The notes under the pieces: model-generated | The model's database searches: none | Told to the model about the DNA's origin: nothing | What the model saw: the letters and a program-made list of their open reading frames with translations, nothing else | DNA from: Psammoneis japonica | Lineage: Eukaryota | Direction: 5' to 3' | Assembly (NCBI GenBank): GCA_008632985.1 | Contig: QPGO01000033.1 | Coordinates: 248,001-312,000 of the forward strand | Length of the DNA stretch: 64,000 nucleotides | In this document: one piece after another, positions 48,478-61,190 of the stretch | Layout: each line of letters opens with the position of its first letter | How positions within the stretch are numbered: the first letter of the stretch is position 1 | Position numbers and translations under genes: made by a program

Positions 48478-51400
48478 AGTCCAGTCCCTCGCGAGTTTTG
48501 AAAATTGTGAGAATGGCGAACAATGCGAAAAAGTGGCGGTGCAAGATTGAAGTGGCCTCTTTGACACGAGTGACTCTAAATCGGATCGGCATTTGCTAAA
48601 AATTTTGTGATGTGCCATTTTCAAATAATCCAACGCACATAACTCGGAAACTATCGGAAAGAAGAATCAACCGTTTAACAGATCTTAATGTTGCCAATAA
48701 TCTCAACTATATATATGCCTTTGAATACTCTCATATTATTAAAAAAATTTTCAACAATTGGATCGCATTCTTATTGTGACAAATGTCTCCTCTAATTAGT
48801 ACAATGGAAATTTTGGTTGATTATTCGGGAATGAATAAATCGCTCCAATTATATTTTTAACGAAATGATTAACCAGTTGAACAACAACATTATTTCAAAC
48901 TTCTTTCTCAACCGACAGACGCCATCGCTGTGATTTTCGACAAAACGCTCATAACCCATAAAATCAATGTTTCTTCATCCTTCATCCAAAACGCAGACAC
49001 GCGACGCAACTCAAGTCGACCATGAGATCGGTTGCGGCGGCGGCAATATTTAACACCAAGTGTAAGAAACACCTGGACAGTATGTTAAAACCTCATTATG
49101 ATCATAAGGTAAGGGTGCTAAAGCAAGAAATCTTCATTTGATGCCTTTAATCGTCATCTGAACTTTTCACTCAATTTCTTTGTGTCTTCTGCATCCGACA
49201 CGACAGCAAATGTTTTGAAGGTGTACAGTGGAATGTATTATGCAGGTACCCATGACTTGGACGATATATTCGATAAAGGTGACATAGAAAGTCACAAGCT
49301 CTTTCTTTGGCAGTGTTTTCCGTGTCAAAAACAAAAGCAAGCGCGGCAATCCTTGCTGTCACGATCATTTTCGACAATCAAATCGGCTCAATGTCTACAT
49401 TAAACCATCCAAAAGTTTCAACCTACGCCTCACACTCCTCCCTCTATGCCTAAATGAGACGATCCTGGGTGGTTGTCAGAAGTCAAGAATCCATGCGAGT
49501 TCCTGAGGAGCCGCAAGCAGTTGGACCTCTGATCCTGTGAATGCACCAGCTCCAACCAAATCGATGCGGAGCACAGCTTAAATTGTTCACATTGTCTGCA
49601 AAGATGCTTTTTTATGCGGTCAATGCTTCTTAAGATCGGGATCAAACTGTAGAAAACACTGCCAGTGACTGGTAATTGACGACAGCTGGCCGGAACCCTT
49701 TTTACGGACACCCATTTTCATCATTTTGAGTGCACGGAACGATGCGTAGTTTGTCAACAATGTAGATTTAAGGCTTGACAATGGTCCAGGAAGCATCCAC
49801 TACATAGAAGGACATTGAATATGAGTAGTGGCAAGAGTCAACAAAAACAATAAGTGCCATTGAAGCCCAAAAGTGGATTTGATCCGGAACTTGGTGAGCG
49901 CAAGCAGTTCTCTCTTGAAGGCTCCAAGCGCTAGAAATCATCACTTCAATGATAAGAATAGATTATAAATGCGTAATATGATAAATTAGCATGGACTAGT
50001 GCTTAGAATTGCTGGTTAAAACCAGGAGTCGTCTCCTACATTGCAAATTGTCTCCGGTGGTAGATTGGCAGATTTGTGGGTCCACCAGCTTGCGGGTTCT
50101 CACGTCCTTGAATTGCTCTTTTGTTTCCTTGTCTTGCCCATAGTAGCTTCCTTTATTACATGAAGGGGCTCTCTAATTCCTTGAACAACCCCTCCTCATG
50201 AATTTCTTGGCATTCTGAGTCGATCAGGCGGTTGCGACAGGACTAAGGCGACGGATGCACTTGTGGATGAGCTCTTGTTTTCAGCTCAGCATCACCTCCC
50301 ACAACAGTCAGGATATTTTCTCCTTCATCTCGATCATAAATATCGACGAATGAACGTTATCCCATACCACACCTTCTATGTTGAACCTTGAGAACGTCGC
50401 CTGAAGTTGTCGGAAGCAGCGACATCGGGTGAAACAAGTGGGCGGCAGCAAAAGTCTTTTTTTCGCTCTGCAAGTGGCAAAAGTCGCAATGTTTTTAGAT
50501 GGAACGATAGTCATATAAGTTAATGATGAGATACAATCGAAACATTGCGAGTTTTGACCCAATGACACAAGCAGTAACGTTCTTACCGATGAACGGCGAC
50601 TCACCATTTTCGTTCCGTAACTTTTACGCATTTTTTGCACTGGGAATTGTGGGAGGCAGATCTGAATTTCGGCCCAAAAAAAAGAAGGAAGGAGCGGCTT
50701 TTCAGCACTGCCGTAGAATCTACGTGCAAGATGACGTCACAGTACAAAATGCCATTTCTACGCAGCGGTGGCCGCTCCGCGAGCGTCGTGTATAGCCGTA
50801 GGCCCGGTACATTGTCTGTTCTTCCATCCGCTACAGAAAAATCATACGAGACATTGTGTAGAGTGTCATCTCATAACCTTTTCAACTTTTCAGCACCTCA
50901 CATTTTTTTCTTTCCGAGCAACATCAACATGAAAAACTCACATCGCTTCTTCCTTTGGATGAAACGATCATACAGCAGGACATGTGTTTGTACGATGCTC
51001 GCAATGTTTTGGGTCCCACACGCGCTCAAGTGATTTTTTGAAGGGCTCGTCTCAGCCAAGAGTCGCCACACAGAAACAACAGTTCAGTTGCTCAGTCCGA
51101 CATGGAGTCTTTGGGTGCTTTGTTGGAGCGAGCATGAGTCGCCCGAGGTGGTGGTGAAGGTGATGGTGGTTTCGTCGAAGGGGACACCAGGGGCTTGGCC
51201 GTGCTTTGCACAGATGGATTCGGTGATGGCGGCGGTGCTGGGTGGGTGTCTTTGCAGGACTTGTGGCGTCAGAGGTTGGGCGGAGGGAGGTGTGTGCGGC
51301 ATTGCTGCGTTTGCATTGGCACAGATGGCGTCATTGATGGCGACGTTGACGCAGGCGGTGTTGTTGTCTCTGGATCTGGAGCAGCCGGCAATTCAGCCAG

Positions 51401-52167
51401 CGGCACTGGCGCAAGTGGGGACACTTGGCGGCGATTGCGCTGGCAGCATGTTGGAGTCATCGCTGACGGCTGACGGCGGAGGCGGTGTTGTGCCGGCAGG
51501 AGCAGGCATCATTTCAGTCTGTGGTGTTGGAGTCGACCACATTGATGCAGACCTCATTGAAGCTGCCTGGGAGGTGTTGGATGTTGGCAGCGAAGGATGG
51601 CTGTGCGGGACTTGTCGTTGGAGGTCGGAGGGAGAGTTGGGTTCGGCATTGCGGCGGCATTGGGTGGCAGTCTGTGTGGGATTTGGTGTCGGAACTAGAC
51701 AGAGTGAACAGCCCACTGGTTTTCTTAAAAGCAACTTGAATGCTGCAGTCTGCTTTGTGCAAAACCAGGGTGCCAGATCATTTCAGGAATGCAGGTTGGT
51801 CACACGGACTGGCTGCCTTAGCTACGAACACCTGCTTCTGTCACAATGTGTGTGACAGAGAGGTGCAATCCAAACGGCGAGGCGTGAAACGCATGCGAGA
51901 GCATGCTGCAACACTGTCATGGATCGGCTTAGACACCATTGCCACAAAATGTGAGAGTGCGTCATTTGCATCGCCACCAAGAAGATTGATGATGACACAC
52001 ACGGCAGTCTGGATGACACATTTCGGAAATGACATGATTGAAGAATTCTCGGCATTGGACAAACACATTCAAGATTCACTTGTTCATAAAAAGGAAACGA
52101 CTTGATCTGTTGATTCTCAAGGCATGACAACCACAACAACGTGGATTGCTGCCAGTGCAAATGATGA

Positions 52168-52443
52168 TGACAGGATTTGAACAGGATTTGGGTGCGCGCG
52201 AAATGTCGCGCGCTGTTCAGTTTACCGCGCACAGTTTTGTGTGCTTTAGTTCCGCACGTTCGCGCGCGATGTAGTTTGCTTTTGAGCCACAAGGCTCACA
52301 AGAACAATGACAGCAGCCCGATTGCACCGACTTGCACGTCTTTCGGCTCCTGCAACGGTCTCTGAGCGGAGACTCATCTGCCATTTAGACAGCAGTGAGG
52401 AGTTGTTGTTTGAATTCTTGCCATTTGCCTTCAATTTCTGTCA
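52168..52443 (+). repeat. 5' LTR
   Basis: Direct repeat of 59000-59277 with TG...CA termini. Confidence 0.95.
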
Positions 52444-53382
52444 GATTGACAGTCTTGCTCATTGTCAACCCATTGAGCAACCGCCATCATCGTCGTTGAT
52501 TTACCAACGACGCCATTTCAATTCTGCGTGGACCTCCGCATGTGTTCTACACACATCGGCAAGTCTACGCGCATTCAATGCCAGGGCATCGGCAGGAAGT
52601 TAACGTCACCGTCAAGTCTCTGTGCCGCTGGATGTCTGGATTGATCATGCTGCCTTTGGTCGCTGAAGACACACATTCAACGGTCACATCCAAGTCTGTC
52701 CTTGATCCTCATCCCTTCGTGTGCCTGTTCATCGGTTGACGGTCAAGAACCCTGCACATTCAAGGATCTTCGTCGCTGAAGACACATGCATGTGCACATG
52801 TCTTCACGGCCAAGAACCTGTGCCCACTCTTCGGACTGCGGTTTTGCCACCACTCTACAAGCACACCGAGTCCATTGCACCTGATCTGCCCCGGACTGCT
52901 GGTGCTCCACAGTTCTGCCAGGTCCACGAGGACGACTGTGAGAGCAAGCAGCCGTGATTGCAGCCTGCGTTGGGGCGAGGGTGCTTTCCCGCGTTTGTTC
53001 GTTCGTCCACAGTGCCTGACGCCTGCGTCAACTGGCCAGCCTGATCGGGAAATCCAACCAATGTAAAATGAGAACGGTTCGGGGGTCTTGTCCACCTCCA
53101 GTCAGCTCACCTGCAGGGGATTGCAACCCGCCACTCCGCTCGCAAGCAACCCAAAGCGCCGCTGGCTGCGGGTTCGGACGTGCCGGCACAACTCTGCGGA
53201 CCGGATGGGAAGTTTAGCACTTGACAACGAATGGGACAGCAAAGCCCGGCGACTTCTGATTTTAAGACAGTTCAAGATTTCAAGTCAAGCACATTTCAAG
53301 TCAAGTCAATTCTCACCCAAGCTTCAAGTCCACCTTCGCTTCCCAACAAGAATTGCTTGTCCTGACACCACTTTTGTCTGCC

Positions 53383-56300
53383 ATGGTTCTCACCCGTCAG
53401 CAACAAACCGATGGTTTCGAGCATGTTGTTGGAACCGTGCTTGCCCAAGGTGCTGGGAGCCCTCTCCGTTTGGCTTTGGCACAAGACGGCACGGACTCGC
53501 ATCAAGAACTGTTCACGTTCACACCGTCCCAAATCGACTCGCTTGAGTGCGACAACGGCGCTAATGTGATCCCTTTGCCCCGTGGTTATAAGAACATGTT
53601 AGCAGCTCTGGTCAGTCTGTGCATTGTCAAAGCACACAAAGGTCTTGATGTTGCCAATGACTTCTCGTTGTTCATGCATGACGAGTTCCTTGCCCACCGC
53701 CTCAGCCCCGACTGCATGTCTTCTGTGTCCATCGGCAGCTCACCCCTCGCACCTCTGCATGTCACCAACCCGACCAAGGCACGTGACCCGGTGCGGGACT
53801 TCAAGCAAGGCATCAAGCGTGATCCCACCGCTTTCACGGCTCTCAAATCTGACAAGCAGTGGCACACTTGGCACACCTCACTTGTGGCACAAGCCCGTGC
53901 CCAAGATGTCGAGTGCATTCTAGACTCGTCGTACAAACCGACCAGCCCCGAAGACAAACTGCTCTTTGCTGAACAGCAAAAGCACATGTTCGCCGTCTTC
54001 GAACGCATCCTTCTCACTGACAAGGGCAAGGCTCTCATCCGCGAAAATGTGGGGTCTTCTGACACACAGACCGTCTGCCGCGCCTTGTCTGAGTGCGCGC
54101 TCGCCTCCACCCGCGCATCTGTCGAGTCCTCCACCCTGCTGACGCACCTTGCCACCGCACGTCTTGGTGATGGCACTTGGAAAGGTCCAACCCACGGGTT
54201 CATCCTTCATTGGCAAGATCAGTTGCGCAAGCACGAGGCACTCATCCCGGCCAGTGACCACTTCTCTGAAGGACAGAAGCGTGTCATGCTCGAGAATGCC
54301 GTGCACCCTGTCGAGGAACTCCGTGCTGTCAAGAACCAAGCTGATCAGCATCGCACGCAGAGTGGCAAGAGCCTCACACATGATCAATGCTGTGGCTTGC
54401 TCCTCTCCGCGGCAGCCCAATGCGACAGTGCGTTTCAACCCAAGACGACACCTCGAGCTCCCCACCGCTCCATGTGCGCACACGACGTCTGCTCCGAGGA
54501 ACCGTCCGACGATGTGTTCTGCGACATTGACAGTGACATTGACGTCCTTCAGGCCAATGCTGCCTGCACCCGTGGTCCCAGCCTCACCGGTGACCAATGG
54601 AAACATCTCCCTCCCGACCACCAACGGATTTGGGATTCGTTGCCCCATTCCTCCAAGGCGATCATCCTTGAGCATTCTCGTCCGCCTCCCCGCAACCCGC
54701 GAGACAGCAACCACCATGAGTCCGTTGCGGCCAACCTTCACGACCAATGCCTTGGGAGTGACGGTGATGTCAACTTGTCCAACACGCCTCCTGCTGACTC
54801 TGGTGACTCCGCTCCAAATGTGGGTGCCACTTCGGACAATCCCATCCTGGCGCACCTCACCAAGCGCAAGCCACTGCCACCCGGTGATCTGCACCGTCTG
54901 TTGTCTCCTAACCAAGCCCCCAATGCCAGTCGACCGGGGCCATCCGCCGCTCCCTCTACCCTGCCAGCTTGTGCCGATGACATGGAACTTAACGGCTGCA
55001 CTTGCCGCCGCGTCAATGACCACAATGTCATTTGCTCTGCCTCTGCTCATCGCTCCACACGCACTGGCGCTCTAGTTGATCGTGGGGCCAACGGTGGCAT
55101 TGCTGGCGACGACATTCGCGTCATTGCACGCACCTCTCGCCACGTCGACGTTCAGGGCATTGACGACCATCAATTGGTGGACATCCCCATTGTCACCGCT
55201 GGTGCCGTCATTGAGACCCAGCATGGTCCCGTCATCGCCATCCTCCATCAGTGCGCACACGCGGGAAAGGGCAAGACCATCCATTCCTGCGGCCATCTCG
55301 AATGGCACAAACAGGATGTCAACGATCGCTCTGTCAAGGTGCCCAACGGCTTGCAACGTGTTGCCACTCCTGATGGCCATGTCATCCCCATTGACATCAA
55401 GGCCGGCCTGCCTTGTGTTGCCATGCGACCTTGCACTGATGCCGAATGGGACACCCTGCCCCATGTCATCCTCGCCGGTGATGACACATGGGATCCTTCC
55501 ATCCTCGATCACTCTGTCACTGATGACGACCAGTGGCATGACGCGATCTCTGACCTGCAGGACGATCCCACTGCCAACCTGTTTGACGAATGCGGCAACT
55601 GCCGTCATCGTGTCGTTGTCAACGAGACCATCATGTCCGCTTCCTTGTCTGCCGATCACGCGTCCGCCCTCGATGATCACCTCATTCCGAATGACGACGT
55701 GTTCTGCGAGTGTCATCTGCACGTGATTGACCCCAAGGACGACGACGTCCCGCCCCCGGAGCGCACTGTGCAGCCCAAGGACCCGCCCTTCGAGTCTCTT
55801 TGGCCCCACTTTGGCTTCCCACCTGCCGATGCGGTCCGTCGCACTTTTGACTGCACCACGCAGTGTGCCCACATGCCCGCCGGTGCACACCTTGGGAAGG
55901 CCTGCAAATCACCCAACCCCGCCCTTAATGTGCACCGCCGCAACGAGCCTGTCGCCACTGACACCGTTCATGCCGACACCCCGGCCGTCGACTCTGGCTG
56001 CACCAGTGCCCAACTGTTTGTTGGCACCGAGTCTACCGTCACTGACGTCTGCGGCACCAAGATGGACAAAGAGTTTGTCAACACACTCGAGGATCAGATC
56101 CGTGAGCGTGGTGCCCCATCCAAACTCATTGGCGACCGTGCTCAAGTTGAGATCAGCAACAAAGTGCTCGGGATCCTGCAGGCCCTCTTCATCTCCAGCT
56201 GGCAAAGTGAGCCTCACCAGCAACACCAAAACTTTGCCGAGCGTCGACACCAGACCGTGAAGCGCATGGCGAACACTGTCATGGATCGTTTTGGTTCGCC

Positions 56301-59052
56301 CGCCCACACATGGCTGCTGGCGCTCATGCATGTGTGCTTCACACTCAACCACACAGCGTCCCCACGTCTCCACTGGCGCACACCCCTCGAGACTCTCACT
56401 GGCTCCACCCCGGACATCAGCCCATTGCTTCGCTTTCACTGGTGGGAACCCGTGTGCTTCCACCTCGATGACTCCGATTGGCCGTCCGAATCCCGTGAGT
56501 TGCGTGGACGCTTCGTTGGCATTGCTGAGCACGTCGGCCACCAGATGACCTTCAAGATTCTCTCTGATGAGACTCAGAAGATCCTCTGCCGGTCCAACGT
56601 CCGCTCTGCTGCCACCGATCCTGCCGTTCGAAACCTGCGTCTTGATCCTCCTGATGGGGAGCCACCTGAACCCATCATCAAATCTCGCCATGACGACAAC
56701 CCCGTCGATTCTCCTGATGGGGAGATCAGGACACCCAAGATGCCAGTTTTTGATCCGCAAGACATCATTGGACGTGCCTTCCTCATGCAGCCACAAGAGG
56801 ACGGACAACGCCACAGAGCTCGCATCGTCAAGGCCGTCGAAGACCACGAATGGAAAGTGAACGGCAATCCCGAGCTCACTGAGTTTGTCTGCTCTGTCAA
56901 CAATGACGAATGCGAGGAAGTCCTTGCCTGCAATGACATCATGAATCACATTGAGCAAGAAGACGAAGACACTGCCATTTGGAAATTTCGACGCATCGTG
57001 TCACACGAAGGACCTCTGAAGCCTCACGACCCAACCTGGAAAGGCTCAAGCTACAACATCATGCTTGAATGGGAAAGTGGGGAGATCACGTCCGAGCCTC
57101 TTGCCATCATCGCCAAGGACGACCCCGTCACCTGCGCCATCTGTGCACGAGAGAACGGACTCCTCGACACGGATGGCTGGAAGCGGTTCCGCACCATCGC
57201 GAGGCGCCAAAAGAAGCCATTTCGCATGGCCAACCAAGCCAAGCTTCGCTCCTTCTGCACTGCACCTCGCTGCAAGTGCGGATGCGAAGTTCCCCGGAAC
57301 TGCAAACACGCCATGTCACTGGACGAACGCAATGGCAACCGCAAATGGGGAGACGCAACTAATCTCGAGATGGACCAACTCGACGAATACGAAGTCTTCC
57401 ATGACTGCGGGCCCTTCGAGTCTTCCACTCCTCCTGCGGGACACAAGAAGATCCGAGTGCACCTGGTGTGCGACGTGAAACACGACGGTCGCCACAAGGC
57501 ACGACTCGCAGCCGACGGGCACCTCACGGACGTGCCTGTCGACAGTGTCCACTCTGGAGTGGTCTCCCTCCGTGGCCTTCGGCTGATGATTTTCTTGGCC
57601 GAACTCAACGAGTTGGAGACATGGGCCACCGACATTGGCAATGCCTGCCTTGAAGCCACCACCAAGGAGAAGCTTTACATTGCAGCTGGACCCAAATTTG
57701 GCAAACTCGAAGGACACATCCTTGTCATCCACAAGGCCCTGCATGGACTGCGCAGCTCCAGTCTCCGCTGGCACGAGCGCTTCGCCGACTGCCTGCGAGC
57801 TGAAGGCTTCTTCCCCTGCCGCGCTGAACCCGACATTTGGATGCGCAGGAACGGCGACCACTGTGAACACATTGCCGTTCATGTGGATGACCTCGCCATT
57901 GCCATGAAGGACCCTCAATCTTTCGTCGACACTCTCACGGAAAAGCACAAGTTCAAGCTCAAGGGTGCGGGACCCATTGAGTTCCATCTGGGTTGCGACT
58001 TTTCCCGGGACCCCGACGGAACCTTGTGCCTGTCTCCGCACAAGTACATCAAGCGCATGGTCGACAGCTGCGCCCGACCGTTTGGGGAGAAACCTGCCAC
58101 CAACGTCCTGTCACCTCTGGAGAAGGGTGACCACCCCGAACTGGACACTTCCGAACTGCTGGGACCCGATGGCATTCACAAGTTCCAGTCTCTTGTTGGT
58201 TCACTCCAATGGGCAGTGTCCCTTGGTCGAATTGACATTGCCACGGCCATCATGTCACTCTCTAGCTTCCGAGCTGCACCCCGTCAAGGCCACTTGGATC
58301 GTGCCAAACGCGTCTGTGGGCACCTCTCCAAGATGCGACACGGCGCTCTCCGCGTTCGCACGGAAGAGCCCGACTGTTCGGATCTCCCTGCTCCGGCCTG
58401 TGAATGGATGCATTCCGTGTGCGGCGAAGCAGAAGAGATGATCCCGAAGGACGCTCCACTGCCCCTTGGCAAGTTCGTCACTGCCACCCACTACGTCGAT
58501 GCAAACTTGCACCATTGCATGCTCGCCGGACGCTCTGTCATGGGAATGCTCCACTTCCTCAACAAATTCCCAGCTGATTGGTTCTCTAAGAAGCAAGCCA
58601 CCGTGGAGACTGCGACCTGCGGGTCTGAATTTGTTGCCACAAGGACTTGTGTCGAGCAGATTGTTGACCTGTGCATCACCCTGCGCTGCCTTGGCGTCCC
58701 GATCCGCAATGTCAGTTACATGTTCGGTGACAACAAGTCGGTTGTAGACAGTGCCACCATCCCGCACTCCAAGTTACACAAGCGACACACCGCACTGTCG
58801 TTCCACCGTGTGCGTGAGGCAATTGCCTCTGGTCACCTTGAGTTCCACTTCATCGAAGGCTCCCGTAACCCTGCTGACATCCTCAGCAAGCATTGGGGTT
58901 GCTCCCAAATCTGGGACCTTCTCCGCCCCCTCATGTTCTGGAACTTCATTTCATCCGAAGTCGAATCTGTTTCTGTGACTCCTCAAGCAAACTGGGGAGT
59001 GACAGGATTTGAACAGGATTTGGGTGCGCGCGAAATGTCGCACGCTGTTTAG
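53383..59052 (+). pseudogene. Copia gag-pol polyprotein, open but probably inactivated by Tyr>His/Cys substitutions
   Basis: Protease LVDRGANGG; integrase ATDTV...D...SEPHQQHQNFAERR; RT HKARLAADG, DIGNACL, KALHGL and HVDD; RNase H KKQATVETATCGSEF, GDNKSV and NPADILSK. Confidence 0.92.
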
Positions 59053-59277
59053 TTTGCCACGCACAGTTTTGTGTGCTTTGGTTCCGCGCGTTCGCGCACG
59101 ACACGCAGCTTGCCTTCGAGCCACAAGGCTCACAAGAATGACAACAGTGGCCCGATTGCACCGACTTGCACGTCTTTCGGCTCCTGCAACGGTCTCTGAG
59201 TGGAGACTCATCTGCCATTTAGACAGCAGCAAGGAGTTGTTGTTTGAATTCTTGCCATTTGCCTTCAATTTCTGTCA
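59000..59277 (+). repeat. 3' LTR
   Basis: Direct repeat of 52168-52443. Confidence 0.95.
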
Positions 59278-61190
59278 GATGATGCTGCCAGTTTGCTGGC
59301 ATGCCGGCAGGCTGCTGTTGCGAATCCAGCAAAAGGAGTCATGATCAATTTGAAGCAACCATTGTTTTTCTTAAAACTGTTCAATGCATGTGTCAATGAT
59401 GGGAGAACCTCTTGCGATGGGGTCTTTGGCTCGTCACTCGCACTCTGTCGGAGGCAGCAAATGGCACAAAAATGAGGTTGACTCACTCAAATGTAAAAAA
59501 CACAACTCAAATGGAGTTTGGGAAGCGGAGCCGCCAAACAGGAACCTTTTTGTGGGTATAAGAAAGACATTCATGCCCCGATTCCGCTTCCCATGTCAAC
59601 ATTGAGGCCACCGCAATCGACACAGTCATCATGGTGGGACGGTGTGTTTCGCCGTGCAAAAAGCACGGGAGTGTCGGAAGGGTGGACGAACACCGGGCAG
59701 AATATTTGAGTCGAAGTATTCGAGCTATAAGGTCCCTCCACGTAGGGCCTTTCACGCACATGGTGTCTCGCTCTTCCGAATTGCAATGAGTTATTGGACA
59801 TCGCTCCTTGCCTGTCGCCAAATTTCTTCTCGTGTGTCGTGTAAAGCATCGCATATATTATAATATATGGTCACGGGAAATAAAACGCACCGTGTCTTGT
59901 TTCTGCGTCACCAAGAGAAAGGAGAACCACGTTGTTGTTCGTCCAATCACTTGTTCCGTGTCAGGGCCGCAATCCCATCATGAATCATGAAAATCTCCGA
60001 CAGCGCAGTGACCCGGCAACACAAGAAAAAGCATCACGACTTGACGCGTGGAGCGTGATCATATCGCTGACGAAGTCGATCAAAGCCATCTCTCGAGCTA
60101 GCAGAAAGATGCGTGCTGTTACTGACCTTCGTAACGCGTTTCGCAGTGTGCTCTTGCGAGATGCGATTGCAGCAGAATTCGGCATTCGGCGTTTCACTTC
60201 GGCACTAAAAATATCGTGATTTAGCTTGGAGGGAATGAGAAACGTTTTCATGGACGCAACGACGAATAGGTCCGAACATATGCTCGTGCGGAACCGGCTT
60301 TTGCTGCTAAAGATATTTCAGACTCACTGACACTCATCAGAGCAGAGCGTTTCATGGCGTCCTTCGTCTCTTACCAAGATGGTGCGTGAAATCAAATACA
60401 ACAAAAATATGACAACTCTAGATAGCGCTGTCCCTGTTTGGTTATTTGTTCGTCAGACAGTTTTTTTTATACCGTATAAAGCTCCAGCGTAGCAGTAGTA
60501 ACTCAAACGACATTTTAAATAATGAACACGTACCACGCGAAATGTGCCTCTTTCGTCCTTTCATTCGTAGCACAGGTGTGCCCCACCTGCAGTTATCGAT
60601 AGGACCCATGAGATTCTTTCTTTTCTCAAGCTTATTTTCGGTGTTATTGTTCATCTGAGCGTCTTATCCACATTGTTGCAGCGACTGTTAGGAAAAGATA
60701 AATTCCACTAATATTTGCGCGACAACGCGATGCAGATAACGAAGCTCGTTATTGACAACCAATGCCCTAACGTAGCTTCTGGATTTGCTGAGAAGGAGTG
60801 GCACAACTTTGATGGTACACCTCTCTTTGCGAACGACAGCTCTAGCATGAAAAAAGAACGCGGTGGTGGTGCTCTAGTATCGCTTGCATGAAATGTGTGC
60901 ACACCAACAAAACCGAAAAATACTCGCAAGTTGTTGCACCTTGGTTGCTCCGACAACAGCTAGAGGTAAAAGAAAGAAAACGATTACCCAACAACTGGCG
61001 TCCACGAATCAAAACGGAAAAGTTTTACGCAAAAGTACCTAAATAGAGCGGTCTCACTCACTAGCAGAAGCACAACCTCGAGCGAGAAAATCCAAGCTCA
61101 CATTACACCCGTCACAAACAATGAGAACATGTCCCCCTTGTTACAGACTCTCGTAGAGCAGCAGCAAAGGATGAATTGTGCCAAATCTCC

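Larger units (their letters stand above)
52168..59277 (+). mobile_element. Full-length Ty1/copia LTR retrotransposon (diatom CoDi-like), hypermutated
   Basis: Two ~277-bp LTRs with TGACAG...CTGTCA ends; 5-bp target-site duplication GATGA (52163-52167 and 59278-59282); purine tract GGGGAG before the 3' LTR; single gag-pol ORF in PR-IN-RT-RH order. Confidence 0.97.

Noticed and set aside
48700..50990. Possible gene in the 49-51 kb interval
   Set aside because: Only short ORFs, with no recognisable motif or convincing splice model.
53383..59052. Alternative genetic code (His/Cys codons read as Tyr)
   Set aside because: Neighbouring host genes use standard TAY for conserved Tyr, and the same change affects non-coding LTRs.
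52168..59277. Classical RIP or 5mC deamination as the cause of the copia changes
   Set aside because: Both are C>T processes and cannot turn TAY into CAY/TGY; CG is largely retained in this element.
52168..59277. ADAR-type RNA editing or RT error before integration
   Set aside because: That would give one-strand A>G and matching LTRs. Both TA>TG and TA>CA occur, the LTRs differ, and non-retroelement DNA is affected.
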